64,000 bases of DNA, taken from a virus. Positions within the stretch are counted from its first letter, which is position 1, and each line of letters starts with the position of its first letter. The notes below the pieces were generated by a model. That model worked only from the letters and a program-made list of their open reading frames with translations. It did no database searches and was not told the DNA's origin. The stretch is taken from positions 4,965 to 68,964 of the IMG/VR virus record IMGVR_UViG_3300046507_000113. One strand, 5' to 3'. The translations under genes were made by a program, and so were the position numbers. Shown piece after piece: positions 28,026 to 37,071 of this stretch.

Positions 28026-28805
28026 ATGATTAATGCGCTTTTCTCGTACAGCCAGCATTCGGATGGTGCTAAGGGCCTTAAGAATGCTCTTGGTGTTCCG
28101 AAGATCAAACACACAGGTAGTACTTTCGTTCCCGCCGCACACAAAAAACTGATCAATTGGGGTGCAACCCCTGATCGATTCCCTCAGAAACTACTTACAT
28201 GTCAGGTTATCAACCATCCGGACAAGGTTGCTCTTGCCGTTGACAAGATGACTACCTTCAAGATCTTCCGTGATAACGGTGTTTCTTGCCCTGAGTTCAC
28301 AACAGAACGAGCTACAGCAGTACAGTGGCTTGAACAGGGTCATGATGTCTTTGCTCGTACTCAGCTCCGTGCATCTAGTGGTCGTGGTATCGTTATCATG
28401 GATCATGAGCATCCGGATACTTGGGAAGTTGGTGCACCACTCTATGTGAAGTATGTCAAGAAGCAGGACGAATATCGTATCCATGTGGTACGTGGTCAGG
28501 TAATTGACGTACAGCGTAAGGGTCTTCGTGCTGAATTCCAGAATGATCCGAATGTCAACTGGAAGATCCGTAACCTTGCCAATGGTTTCGTGTTCTCTCG
28601 TGACTTGAATACGAACCGTCCGGTTCCACAGATCGTTAAGGACGTTGGTATTGCAGCAGTACAGGCTCTTGGGCTTGACTTTGGTGCAGCAGACGTAATC
28701 TACCAGCGTCAGAGTAACCGTGCTTATGCTCTGGAAGTAAACACCGCCCCAGGTCTGGAAGGTCAGACTGTAACATCTTACGCCACAGCTCTCAGCGCCC
28801 TCTAA
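28026..28805 (+). CDS. ATP-grasp peptide ligase (RimK/YheCD-like)
   Basis: INWG, SSGRGI, EYRIHV, IRNLANGF, GLDFGAADV, LEVNTAPGL. Confidence 0.9.
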   Translation: MINALFSYSQHSDGAKGLKNALGVPKIKHTGSTFVPAAHKKLINWGATPDRFPQKLLTCQVINHPDKVALAVDKMTTFKIFRDNGVSCPEFTTERATAVQWLEQGHDVFARTQLRASSGRGIVIMDHEHPDTWEVGAPLYVKYVKKQDEYRIHVVRGQVIDVQRKGLRAEFQNDPNVNWKIRNLANGFVFSRDLNTNRPVPQIVKDVGIAAVQALGLDFGAADVIYQRQSNRAYALEVNTAPGLEGQTVTSYATALSAL

Positions 28806-28823
28806 TATTACGAAAGATATACT

Positions 28824-29942
28824 ATGTGTGTGATCATGGTACTGCCGCCCAAGGCAATGATTAACAAAAGTCATTTCTACAATGCTTGTTATAATAACTG
28901 GCATGGGTATGGCATCATTATCAAGAAGCCGAAGAAGTTTGAAGTGGTAAAACAGTTCAAGGCAGAAGGCAACGACCCCGATGAGATTTGGGATATTGTC
29001 AATGACAACAAGGATCATGAACGTATTGTTCACGTCCGTTATTCGACAAGAGGGGCAACTGACGAGACGAACACTCAGCCCTTTGAAGTGTTCAACAATG
29101 GAACTCGTCGTGTGATGTTCATGCACAACGGAACTCTCAACGGATTTGGTGAATGGAACCAGTCCGTCTCTGGGGGTAAGAGTGACACCAATGCTTTCTG
29201 TGAGACAGTTCTGAGTAAGTCTCTCCGTAAGTGGTCGTCAGATGAGAATGGTCTCGGTGATTATACCGATCCGGACTTCATCAAGCTCGTTGTTGACAAG
29301 CAGTGGACGATGAACTCTCGTGGTATCTTTGTATCCAATGACCTTCCGAATATGATGATCGGTAACAGGGGATACACAGGTTGGCAGCTCTACAAACATC
29401 CTGATGCCTCTACTCATGGTGAGATCTGGGTATCGAATGACGAGTACTTCGATAAGCTGACACGAGGCCCAAAGTTCGACGAACAGGAAAAGATCAAGAA
29501 GGCAGCAGAGGAGGCTCGTCGTCAGGCGGAGAGGGACAATGCCCCTTTTCAGGGGGGATCGTCAAGAACCTCTTCAGAAACTTCCTCCGAGATCGCGGGG
29601 ATTACGATCTTCAAGAAGGAGACAGCTACGAACGAAGCAGTTCTCACAGCTATCAACGATATCATTGATACGTGGGATCTTAATGACCCGAAGGACGTCT
29701 CCAAACTCCGATTCATTGCCTACGAAGAATGGGTAGGTTTCTTGGAAGAACAGAAGAACAACAGTGATTTCGTGAGTGCTGCCATTATTCAACAGTTCGC
29801 AGACCATATCTGCAAGCTCACGATGAAGGTACGTTCTCTGGAACTCCGTCATAATAAGGCTTCACAGCGGGTTGAAGAACTCCGTAAGCAGCTTGATGCA
29901 ATTGAAGGTGATAAGAATGGCAGTGCAGCTGAAGCAGCGTAA
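28824..29942 (+). CDS. Second class II glutamine amidotransferase
   Basis: MCVI, HVRYSTRG, QPF, MHNG, SDT. Confidence 0.85.
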   Translation: MCVIMVLPPKAMINKSHFYNACYNNWHGYGIIIKKPKKFEVVKQFKAEGNDPDEIWDIVNDNKDHERIVHVRYSTRGATDETNTQPFEVFNNGTRRVMFMHNGTLNGFGEWNQSVSGGKSDTNAFCETVLSKSLRKWSSDENGLGDYTDPDFIKLVVDKQWTMNSRGIFVSNDLPNMMIGNRGYTGWQLYKHPDASTHGEIWVSNDEYFDKLTRGPKFDEQEKIKKAAEEARRQAERDNAPFQGGSSRTSSETSSEIAGITIFKKETATNEAVLTAINDIIDTWDLNDPKDVSKLRFIAYEEWVGFLEEQKNNSDFVSAAIIQQFADHICKLTMKVRSLELRHNKASQRVEELRKQLDAIEGDKNGSAAEAA

Positions 29943-30525
29943 GAACCTCTCGTATGATCCTTGGATGGTCCTTGAAAGGGCCTCCAAGAGTACACCAGAC
30001 TGGTCAGCACTGAATGCCAAACGACAGGAGCATTTTGTTCTTGTCACTGGTACTGCTAGGGCTCGTCGTCAGAGGAATGATATTCTTTCTGGTTGTAGGA
30101 ACTACGGACTGGCCAATACGACTAGTGATGTTTTCATCATGAAGCGAGGTCCTTTCCAGTATGAAACCAATCAAGCACCAGAACCAATGGTGTTCGAGTT
30201 TCCTGCCACACAGAAGCAGAGGCTCTTGAAGTTTCCAGAGGATTTCCCTGCGAAGGATCTAGGAAAGGTACAGGGAGAGATGTGGGGTGTACCCCTTCGT
30301 GTCCTCGCTGAACTGGATGCATTTATGGGTAATGGAGAAGGAGTAATCCGAGAGAAGAGGTATATTAGTCTCGTCAATTCAGAACATGAAATCAGAAATC
30401 ATCTAGCATGGATGTATCTCGTAAACTTCGATCATTTTGAAGAATACACATGCATGTATCAATTGTATAATACGAATAGAACAATTCCGAATACGGGTTC
30501 TATGATTTATTTTTATTCTGGCTAA
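29917..30525 (+). CDS. Divergent gamma-glutamylcyclotransferase-like protein
   Basis: FVLVTGT...VQGEMWGV...LAELDAF...AWMY follows the GGCT pattern. Confidence 0.55.
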   Translation: MAVQLKQRKNLSYDPWMVLERASKSTPDWSALNAKRQEHFVLVTGTARARRQRNDILSGCRNYGLANTTSDVFIMKRGPFQYETNQAPEPMVFEFPATQKQRLLKFPEDFPAKDLGKVQGEMWGVPLRVLAELDAFMGNGEGVIREKRYISLVNSEHEIRNHLAWMYLVNFDHFEEYTCMYQLYNTNRTIPNTGSMIYFYSG

Positions 30526-30528
30526 GGA

Positions 30529-30864
30529 TTGTCAATTATGGCAAATATGGCAAAAATGAAATTTCAACTAGGGGATTATGTAAGGTACACCAACAAGAGA
30601 GAAAAACTAGATTTTGTTGGTACGATTGTTTCTGCTGATCCGAACTATGGTGAATATCTCATTCTACCGGAAGATCATCTCAAAGGTGCAATGAAGATGT
30701 ACAGATCATCTAGTGAGGAAGGTACTTGGCTCAAAAATCACTTTTCACATGCTGGACGGTCTCTAGAACCTGTGGTTTGGGCATCTTCGAAATCTCGTAG
30801 CATGAGGTATGCTGAATTAATGTACGATCCTACTCAGGAGCCTGATGATGAAGACGACATTTAA
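30529..30864 (+). CDS. Small protein with C-terminal tag (copy 6)
   Basis: KFQLGDYVRY; ends MYDPTQEPDDEDDI. Confidence 0.8.
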   Translation: MSIMANMAKMKFQLGDYVRYTNKREKLDFVGTIVSADPNYGEYLILPEDHLKGAMKMYRSSSEEGTWLKNHFSHAGRSLEPVVWASSKSRSMRYAELMYDPTQEPDDEDDI

Positions 30865-31114
30865 TGAAGGTGATAGAGTTATCCTGACCCGTGACAGCAC
30901 CAATGGTCCCACAGGAGAGTATGGTCGTAAGGGTGACACTGGTACTGTCGTCCAAAATCTGTACGGTACTTCTAATGTACAAGTAAGAGTTCGCTTTGAC
31001 AAGATGTTTCATGGTGCCCACGAGTGGTATGCCTATGTCAAAGAACTCGAACATGAATATATAGAGAGACCTTATGACCCTAGTCAAGAACCAGACGATG
31101 AGGACGACGTGTAA
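30845..31114 (+). CDS. Small protein with C-terminal tag (copy 7)
   Basis: TFNEGDRVIL...KGDTGTVV...VRFD (SH3/KOW-like); ends RPYDPSQEPDDEDDV. Confidence 0.85.
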   Translation: MMKTTFNEGDRVILTRDSTNGPTGEYGRKGDTGTVVQNLYGTSNVQVRVRFDKMFHGAHEWYAYVKELEHEYIERPYDPSQEPDDEDDV

Positions 31115-31117
31115 GGG

Positions 31118-31146
31118 TTGACACTCCCTACTTAAAGTGGTATAAT
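31118..31146 (+). promoter_or_regulatory. Sigma70-type promoter for replication genes
   Basis: TTGACA-17 nt-TATAAT, followed by AATACTCTT. Confidence 0.85.
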
Positions 31147-31172
31147 AATACTCTTCAATAAAGAAAGCTTCA

Positions 31173-31427
31173 ATGGTAGACGAACTACAGAAACTACAAA
31201 ACCTAATTCGTTCTGTGAATAGAGGGGGATATTTTAGGTGTTCCATTTGCAATTGTGTTTCGAATGAACGTATCGAGACAAACATAGGCGACTACAAGCC
31301 TAACATGCCATTTGCTCATGATCCCAAAGACAGTTTACATTTTATCTGTATTGATTGTGAAGAAGCAATTCAAGAACTAAGAGATGATTATGAGTATGAA
31401 GATGATGAAGACATGAAAGGAGATTAA
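31173..31427 (+). CDS. Small zinc-finger protein
   Basis: CSIC...CIDC; acidic tail. Confidence 0.75.
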   Translation: MVDELQKLQNLIRSVNRGGYFRCSICNCVSNERIETNIGDYKPNMPFAHDPKDSLHFICIDCEEAIQELRDDYEYEDDEDMKGD

Positions 31428-31429
31428 GC

Positions 31430-32989
31430 ATAGGTAACTGGGTTCAGACAGGACAACCGTGTCCTTGCGGGTCCTCTTCAGATGCTTACTGCCTTGACTC
31501 AAATGGGAATGGATTTTGTTTCTCAGGTAAGTGTGGTGGTAAGTTCTTTAGAAATGACAAGGAAGAAGAAGTAGATAGTAGTCAATACACGATGGATTAT
31601 TATGAGCATCGTGGAATTAGTGCTCGAATTTTCGAGAAGTTTGGAGTTCAGACTAAGTTTTATGAAGGGACTCCAATTGAAACTGCGTTCTTCTATCCCA
31701 ATGGTTCTATCCAAGTACGTAACTTGGCAGAGAAGAGATTTCGAACTGTAGGTGATTACAAGAATGCACACTGTTTTGGGACCAACGTTTTTGATAAGGG
31801 TTCCAAGAAGGTCATTACAATTACAGAGGGTGCATATGATGCACTATCCGTAGCTCAAATAGTAGGAGACATGACAGCAGCGATCGCTGTTAGGAGTGCT
31901 TCTTCTGCTAAATCAGACGTGCTTGCAGATTGGGAATATATTAATTCCTTTGACAAGATTATCATCAATTTTGATAATGATGAACCTGGGCAAGAAGCCG
32001 CCCGCAAGATCGCCCCCTTGTTTGATTTTAAGAAGGTCTACAATCTTTGCCTTGAGAAGGGTAAGGATGCGAATGAATATGCTCAGAAAGAGCTAAATAA
32101 GGCGTACTACGAGGCTTGGGCTGGTTGTAAGAGGTACACACCAGATAACCTCCTATCGACTATGGCTGAGTTCCGTAAGGCGCTTAAAGAACAGAAATCC
32201 GAGAAGATTGTGAACTATCCGTTCACAGCCCTACAAGAGAAGCTTTTCGGTATCCATGAAGGTGAAGTTGTTCTTGTCAAGGGCCTAGAGGGTCTTGGTA
32301 AGACAGAGTTCCTTCGTGCTGTTGAAAACATGGTTCTTCATGAGACGAAGCATAATGTTGGCATTATCCATTTGGAGGAATCCAATGGTGAAACTCTTAG
32401 AGGTATGGCAGGATATTATACTGCTACTCCTGTGCAGAGTCCAGAGATGCCAGCATCAGACGAAGAAGTTCTAGAGATCCTAGAGCAAATCCTGGGTAAA
32501 GACGAAGATAGATTTGTTTTGTATTCTGCATTTGATGTGGAAGATGAGGACAAGTTCATCGATAACATTCGATTTATGGTTACAGCAAATAACTGTAAGA
32601 TCGTTACCTTCGACCACATCTCGTGGTTGGCAACAGGAACACAGGACAGTAAGGAAGACTCCGAACGAATGAAGCTAGACCGTATCTCTCAGAGGCTTAA
32701 GATGCTTGCTGAGGAGCTTCGGTTTGGTCTGGTGATGGTATCTCACGTTAATGACCTTGGTCAAACCAGAGGTTCCAGATATATTTCGAAGGCTGCCAAT
32801 ACTGTTATTAATCTCAACCGTAACAAGACAACCGAGGACGAAGCAGAAAGAGTTAAGCTCTACATGACAGTAGAGAAGGCTCGTCTAGTCGGTGCCAAAG
32901 AGGGACCAGCAGGTTATGCTGTTTATAATACAGAACTCCTGATGCTAGAAGACCCTCTAACCCGAGGACTTCAATATGAGATTGGGTGA
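31430..32989 (+). CDS. T7 gp4-like primase-helicase (probable ATA start)
   Basis: Frame extends upstream of ATG 31592 through a Zn-binding domain (QPCPCGSSSDA...FCFSGKC); TOPRIM ITEGAYDA and FDNDEPG; Walker A GLGKT; FDHIS; VSHV. Confidence 0.9.
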   Translation: MGNWVQTGQPCPCGSSSDAYCLDSNGNGFCFSGKCGGKFFRNDKEEEVDSSQYTMDYYEHRGISARIFEKFGVQTKFYEGTPIETAFFYPNGSIQVRNLAEKRFRTVGDYKNAHCFGTNVFDKGSKKVITITEGAYDALSVAQIVGDMTAAIAVRSASSAKSDVLADWEYINSFDKIIINFDNDEPGQEAARKIAPLFDFKKVYNLCLEKGKDANEYAQKELNKAYYEAWAGCKRYTPDNLLSTMAEFRKALKEQKSEKIVNYPFTALQEKLFGIHEGEVVLVKGLEGLGKTEFLRAVENMVLHETKHNVGIIHLEESNGETLRGMAGYYTATPVQSPEMPASDEEVLEILEQILGKDEDRFVLYSAFDVEDEDKFIDNIRFMVTANNCKIVTFDHISWLATGTQDSKEDSERMKLDRISQRLKMLAEELRFGLVMVSHVNDLGQTRGSRYISKAANTVINLNRNKTTEDEAERVKLYMTVEKARLVGAKEGPAGYAVYNTELLMLEDPLTRGLQYEIG

Positions 32990-33128
32990 TAAAATCATTA
33001 TAATTGTTGGTGCAATTGTTATTCTCCTTCTCTTGATGGGTTGTTCCACTCTGACAGAAAATCAGAAACAGTGGAATGATCCAAATCTAGAAAAAAGATT
33101 GGCACTCGCAATTGACAACCAAGGATAG
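32976..33128 (+). CDS. Small lipoprotein
   Basis: MRLGDKIIIIVGAIVILLLLMGC lipobox; 50 aa. Confidence 0.5.
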   Translation: MRLGDKIIIIVGAIVILLLLMGCSTLTENQKQWNDPNLEKRLALAIDNQG

Positions 33129-33140
33129 AAGTGGTATAAT
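33112..33140 (+). promoter_or_regulatory. Sigma70-type promoter
   Basis: TTGACA-17 nt-TATAAT, followed by AATACTCTT. Confidence 0.85.
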
Positions 33141-33295
33141 AATACTCTTATGAAACAAAAACCAATTAAAAGAACTAAAGTCTTTCACCCAAATGACTAC
33201 CCTGTTCCCAAGAAATGGGATAATGCTTTTGAAGGTATCATTACCATTTACACTTCCGGACAAATCATTAAAGTACTTTAAGAAGGAATAAGACA

Positions 33296-34405
33296 ATTAC
33301 CTTTTATCTGAAAAGCGGTAATATTTTTGAAATTACACATGAAGACAATATTGACATTCGTAAGGAACTTCCCGTTGGGACCTACACTGTCAAGATCTCA
33401 ATGAAGGGTCTGTATCTCGAACAGGTTCCTAACATCGAAGTAGATCATAAGATCTATGGTGGTGCACTCAGGCGAGCTGACCGTATTATCAATACCTTCA
33501 AGGATCGTACAGTATCTACTGGTGTGGTTCTTCAGGGTGAGAAGGGCTCGGGTAAGACACTTCTTGCTCGTATCCTCTCGGAACAACTCCGTCAGCAGGG
33601 TGTCTCTACTATCCTTGTCAATACTGCATTTGCAGGAGAAGCCTTCAATACCTTCATCAATCAGATCGATCAGCCAACCATGCTGTTCTTTGATGAGTTC
33701 GAGAAGGTCTATGACATGGACAAACAGAACCAGTTGCTCACACTCCTTGATGGTACTCATCGAAGCAAGAAGCTTTTTGTTATTGCCTTGAATGATTTCT
33801 ATCGTGTGAATGACTTCATGAAGAATCGTCCGGGTCGTTTCTTCTACAGCTTCAAGTACGAAGGTCTGGAAGAAGATGAGATCAGGGGTTATTGCGAAGA
33901 CAATCTGAACAACAAGTCTCGTATCGATAGTATCGTTACATTCTCTGGTACGTTCAGCAAGTTTTCCTTTGACATCCTAAAGGCAATCGTTGAGGAAATG
34001 AACCGATATGATGAGCCTATCTCTGAGGTAGTGAAGTACCTGAATGCACGTCCTAACGAACAGGTCATGCAGCTTGAAATTCAGGAAATTCAGAGTAAGG
34101 AAATGAAGGAAGGTCTGACTTTCGATAAGAAGCAGCTCGGTCCATTCAACCCGTTCGCCCATAACTTCACTGTCTTTGTTGATGGTGCTGTTGGTGGTGG
34201 AATTACTAATGGTAAGAAGGCACTGATTGCAAAGTCTATTGATGATGACGATGAAGATGACTACTTGATGTTCGACTTCAAGCCTTCTGATCTGCAGAAG
34301 CTCCTGAACGGTAAGTTCGTATTTAGTAATGAAAGGGCTACAGTGATCCTTGCAAAGCCAGAACCGAAGCCTAGCCAGCTGGAGTTCTTCTATAATCAGC
34401 TTTAA
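33296..34405 (+). CDS. AAA+ ATPase (probable ATT start)
   Basis: GEKGSGKT, FFDEFEK, NRPGRF; frame open from ATT 33296 after AAGGA. Confidence 0.85.
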   Translation: MTFYLKSGNIFEITHEDNIDIRKELPVGTYTVKISMKGLYLEQVPNIEVDHKIYGGALRRADRIINTFKDRTVSTGVVLQGEKGSGKTLLARILSEQLRQQGVSTILVNTAFAGEAFNTFINQIDQPTMLFFDEFEKVYDMDKQNQLLTLLDGTHRSKKLFVIALNDFYRVNDFMKNRPGRFFYSFKYEGLEEDEIRGYCEDNLNNKSRIDSIVTFSGTFSKFSFDILKAIVEEMNRYDEPISEVVKYLNARPNEQVMQLEIQEIQSKEMKEGLTFDKKQLGPFNPFAHNFTVFVDGAVGGGITNGKKALIAKSIDDDDEDDYLMFDFKPSDLQKLLNGKFVFSNERATVILAKPEPKPSQLEFFYNQL

Positions 34406-36261
34406 TGGCTAATATTTGGGTTATCGACGCTGAAGGCGATGGCCTAACTCCTACCAAACTGTATTGCTTGGCTGCATGTAATCCGCAGTCAAAGAAAGTA
34501 TTTGTCACTTCTGAATACGACAAGATGAGAAAGCTTCTCACTGAGGCTGATGTTCTTATCTGTCACAATCTTATCCGATTTGACGTTCCTGCGTATGAAC
34601 GACTCTTGGGGATCAAGATCAAATGTAAGCTAGTCGATACACTGGCACTCTCTTGGTATCTCTACCCTAACCGTATTAAACACGGTCTAGAATCACATGG
34701 GGAAGATCTAGGTATCAAGAAGCCAGAGATCAACGACTGGTTTGGATTAAGTCAAGAGGAATACGAACACAGATGCTCTGAGGACGTGAAAATTAATCGC
34801 GATCTTTGGAACAATATGTATCGATACCTTCTTGACATTTATGGAAGTGATAAAGAGATCTGGAGGCTACTCGAATATCTCCAGTTCAAAATGCATTGTT
34901 CTGCACTACAGGAAAAGTCAAGATGGAAACTTGATGTTCCTTATGTAGAGAAAGCTCTGAATGAGTTTCTTGTTATCCAAGAAGAGAAAAAGACGGAACT
35001 AGCTAAGGCTATGCCTATGGTTCCTGATGTTCAAATCAAGGAAAGACCCAAGAAGTTCATTAACAAAGATGGTACGTACTCTAAGTTGGGTATGCAATGG
35101 ATATCTTTGCTAACAGAGAAAGGATTACCCCTCAATTACGAGGGTACAGTTGAGGTTGTCAAGGGATATGAGCCAGGTAATCCGAGTTCAAATGAACAAA
35201 AGAAAGCTTGGCTCTATTCTCTCGGATGGGAACCACAGACCTTCAAGGAAACTAAGAATAAAGTTACCGGAGAAGAGAAGAGTGTCCCTCAGATCAACCT
35301 TGAACATGGTAAGGGTATTTGCCCATCAGTAAAGAAACTATATGCTTTAGAACCTAAATTAGAACTATTGGAAGGGCTGTCTGTCCTTGAACATCGGATT
35401 AGTATCCTTAAAGGATTTCTCAATTCACAACAAGATGGATGGATTAAAGCCCAAATTAATGGCTTAACGAATACTCTCAGATTTAAACACAAGACAATTG
35501 TCAACCTTCCAAAAGTTGATAAGTTATATGCTGCACCTGTTCGTGGCGGACTCATCTGTCCTGATGGATATGAGTTGTGTGGTTCGGATATGTCTTCTCT
35601 TGAAGATCGTATCAAACAGCACTTCATCTATCCTTTTGACCCTGAGTACGTAAAGGAAATGACAACGGATGGTTATGATCCCCATCTATCTCTTGCTTTG
35701 TTGGCAGGGGAAGTCACACAGGAACAGGTAGATGCGTATATCGCTGAGACTGACAAAGGCATTAAGCCTATCAGAGACATCTTTAAAAACGGTAACTACT
35801 CTTGTCAGTACGGTGCAGGCGTTAAGAAGCTTGCCAAAACAGCAGGTATATCCATTGAGAAAGCGAGAATGGTGTGGGAGACATATTGGAAAAAGAATTG
35901 GGCAATTAAGAAAGTTGCGTCACTCCAAAAGTTTAAGACGATTGGGGATCAGATGTGGCTTTTTAACCCTATTTCCAAACTCTGGTATTCACTCCGATTT
36001 GAGAAAGATATTTTCAGTACGCTAGTCCAAGGGACAGCTTCGTATGTTTTCGACCTTTGGTTGGGATACATTCTAGAAGAAAGAGAGCAACTCACAGGAC
36101 AATTCCATGATGAATGGATCATTCTTGTAAGGGAAGGACATAGAGATGATTGTGACAAGTTAATTCGTAGAGCAATCGATAGAACTAATGAAGAACTGAA
36201 ACTTAACCGAGAACTAGATATCTCTATCCAATATGGTAAGAGGTATAGTGAGATTCACTAA
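34405..36261 (+). CDS. polA: DNA polymerase family A with 3'-5' exonuclease
   Basis: DAEGDG, HNLIRFD, motif A DMSSLEDR, motif B KNGNYSCQYG, motif C QFHDE. Confidence 0.95.
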   Translation: MANIWVIDAEGDGLTPTKLYCLAACNPQSKKVFVTSEYDKMRKLLTEADVLICHNLIRFDVPAYERLLGIKIKCKLVDTLALSWYLYPNRIKHGLESHGEDLGIKKPEINDWFGLSQEEYEHRCSEDVKINRDLWNNMYRYLLDIYGSDKEIWRLLEYLQFKMHCSALQEKSRWKLDVPYVEKALNEFLVIQEEKKTELAKAMPMVPDVQIKERPKKFINKDGTYSKLGMQWISLLTEKGLPLNYEGTVEVVKGYEPGNPSSNEQKKAWLYSLGWEPQTFKETKNKVTGEEKSVPQINLEHGKGICPSVKKLYALEPKLELLEGLSVLEHRISILKGFLNSQQDGWIKAQINGLTNTLRFKHKTIVNLPKVDKLYAAPVRGGLICPDGYELCGSDMSSLEDRIKQHFIYPFDPEYVKEMTTDGYDPHLSLALLAGEVTQEQVDAYIAETDKGIKPIRDIFKNGNYSCQYGAGVKKLAKTAGISIEKARMVWETYWKKNWAIKKVASLQKFKTIGDQMWLFNPISKLWYSLRFEKDIFSTLVQGTASYVFDLWLGYILEEREQLTGQFHDEWIILVREGHRDDCDKLIRRAIDRTNEELKLNRELDISIQYGKRYSEIH

Positions 36262-37040
36262 TGGACGTAATTGTAAAAGGTGTGCTGTCCTTTATTCAGC
36301 AAGAAAAGAAAAACTCAGTTCTAGCAGGAGGTGCTGCTAGGGATGCGATCTTTAAGGTAGAGCCCAAGGATTATGATATCTTTGTCCCTACTCAGGATCG
36401 TAAAGATGTAAGTAAGATTATGAATGCTCTTGTAGACGAGTTTGGTCTAAGCCATCTCAGAAACAAGACAAAGGAATATGGTAAGACCACGGTCTCAACT
36501 AATCTGAAGAATGTAAATGAGTTTGAGATCGAGGGTAGGAAGTTTGATATCATCTTTGTTGATGAGCAGGATGATGAAGAGTTCGCTAACAATGTAGTCA
36601 AGACCTTCGATTACGGTATCAACATGGTCTATGACGATGGTAACTACCTGAATGACTCGAACTACTTATTCACAGAGGATAGAGCCTATGGGAGTATGAC
36701 ACTCCATAACCTCAAGTCCATGAGCCATCTTCCTCAGATGATCGATAAGTTCACAAGACTTAATAGTAAGTTCGGTGGTGGGTTCATCTTTAAGAGTACT
36801 TGTTTGTCTCTGAAGAATGATCTTCCAAAGGAACTTCCTAAGAAGAAGTCTTGGGCAACTACTGGTTATACCGTGGAACTTGTAAATGAACCAGGTTTCC
36901 TCGCTCCCCCTCCAATTCCTGTTCCTTGGCCTGATATTCAAGAAGCACCTCAAGCAGCACCTATACCAAACGAGGTTAATCTTGCAGGACAGTTTAATCA
37001 GGCTGTTGGAGCAGCACCAAATTTTAACGACAACTTCTAA
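36261..37040 (+). CDS. Nucleotidyltransferase (tRNA nucleotidyltransferase/poly(A) polymerase head-like)
   Basis: LAGGAARD...PKDYDIF and FDIIF...FDYGIN. Confidence 0.75.
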   Translation: MDVIVKGVLSFIQQEKKNSVLAGGAARDAIFKVEPKDYDIFVPTQDRKDVSKIMNALVDEFGLSHLRNKTKEYGKTTVSTNLKNVNEFEIEGRKFDIIFVDEQDDEEFANNVVKTFDYGINMVYDDGNYLNDSNYLFTEDRAYGSMTLHNLKSMSHLPQMIDKFTRLNSKFGGGFIFKSTCLSLKNDLPKELPKKKSWATTGYTVELVNEPGFLAPPPIPVPWPDIQEAPQAAPIPNEVNLAGQFNQAVGAAPNFNDNF

Positions 37041-37071
37041 AAATATTTACTAACGTAAAAGGAGAAGTACA

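Noticed and set aside
16400-31114. The C-terminal tag as a mobile DNA repeat or recombination cassette
   Set aside because: Synonymous positions differ heavily between copies while the peptide is kept.
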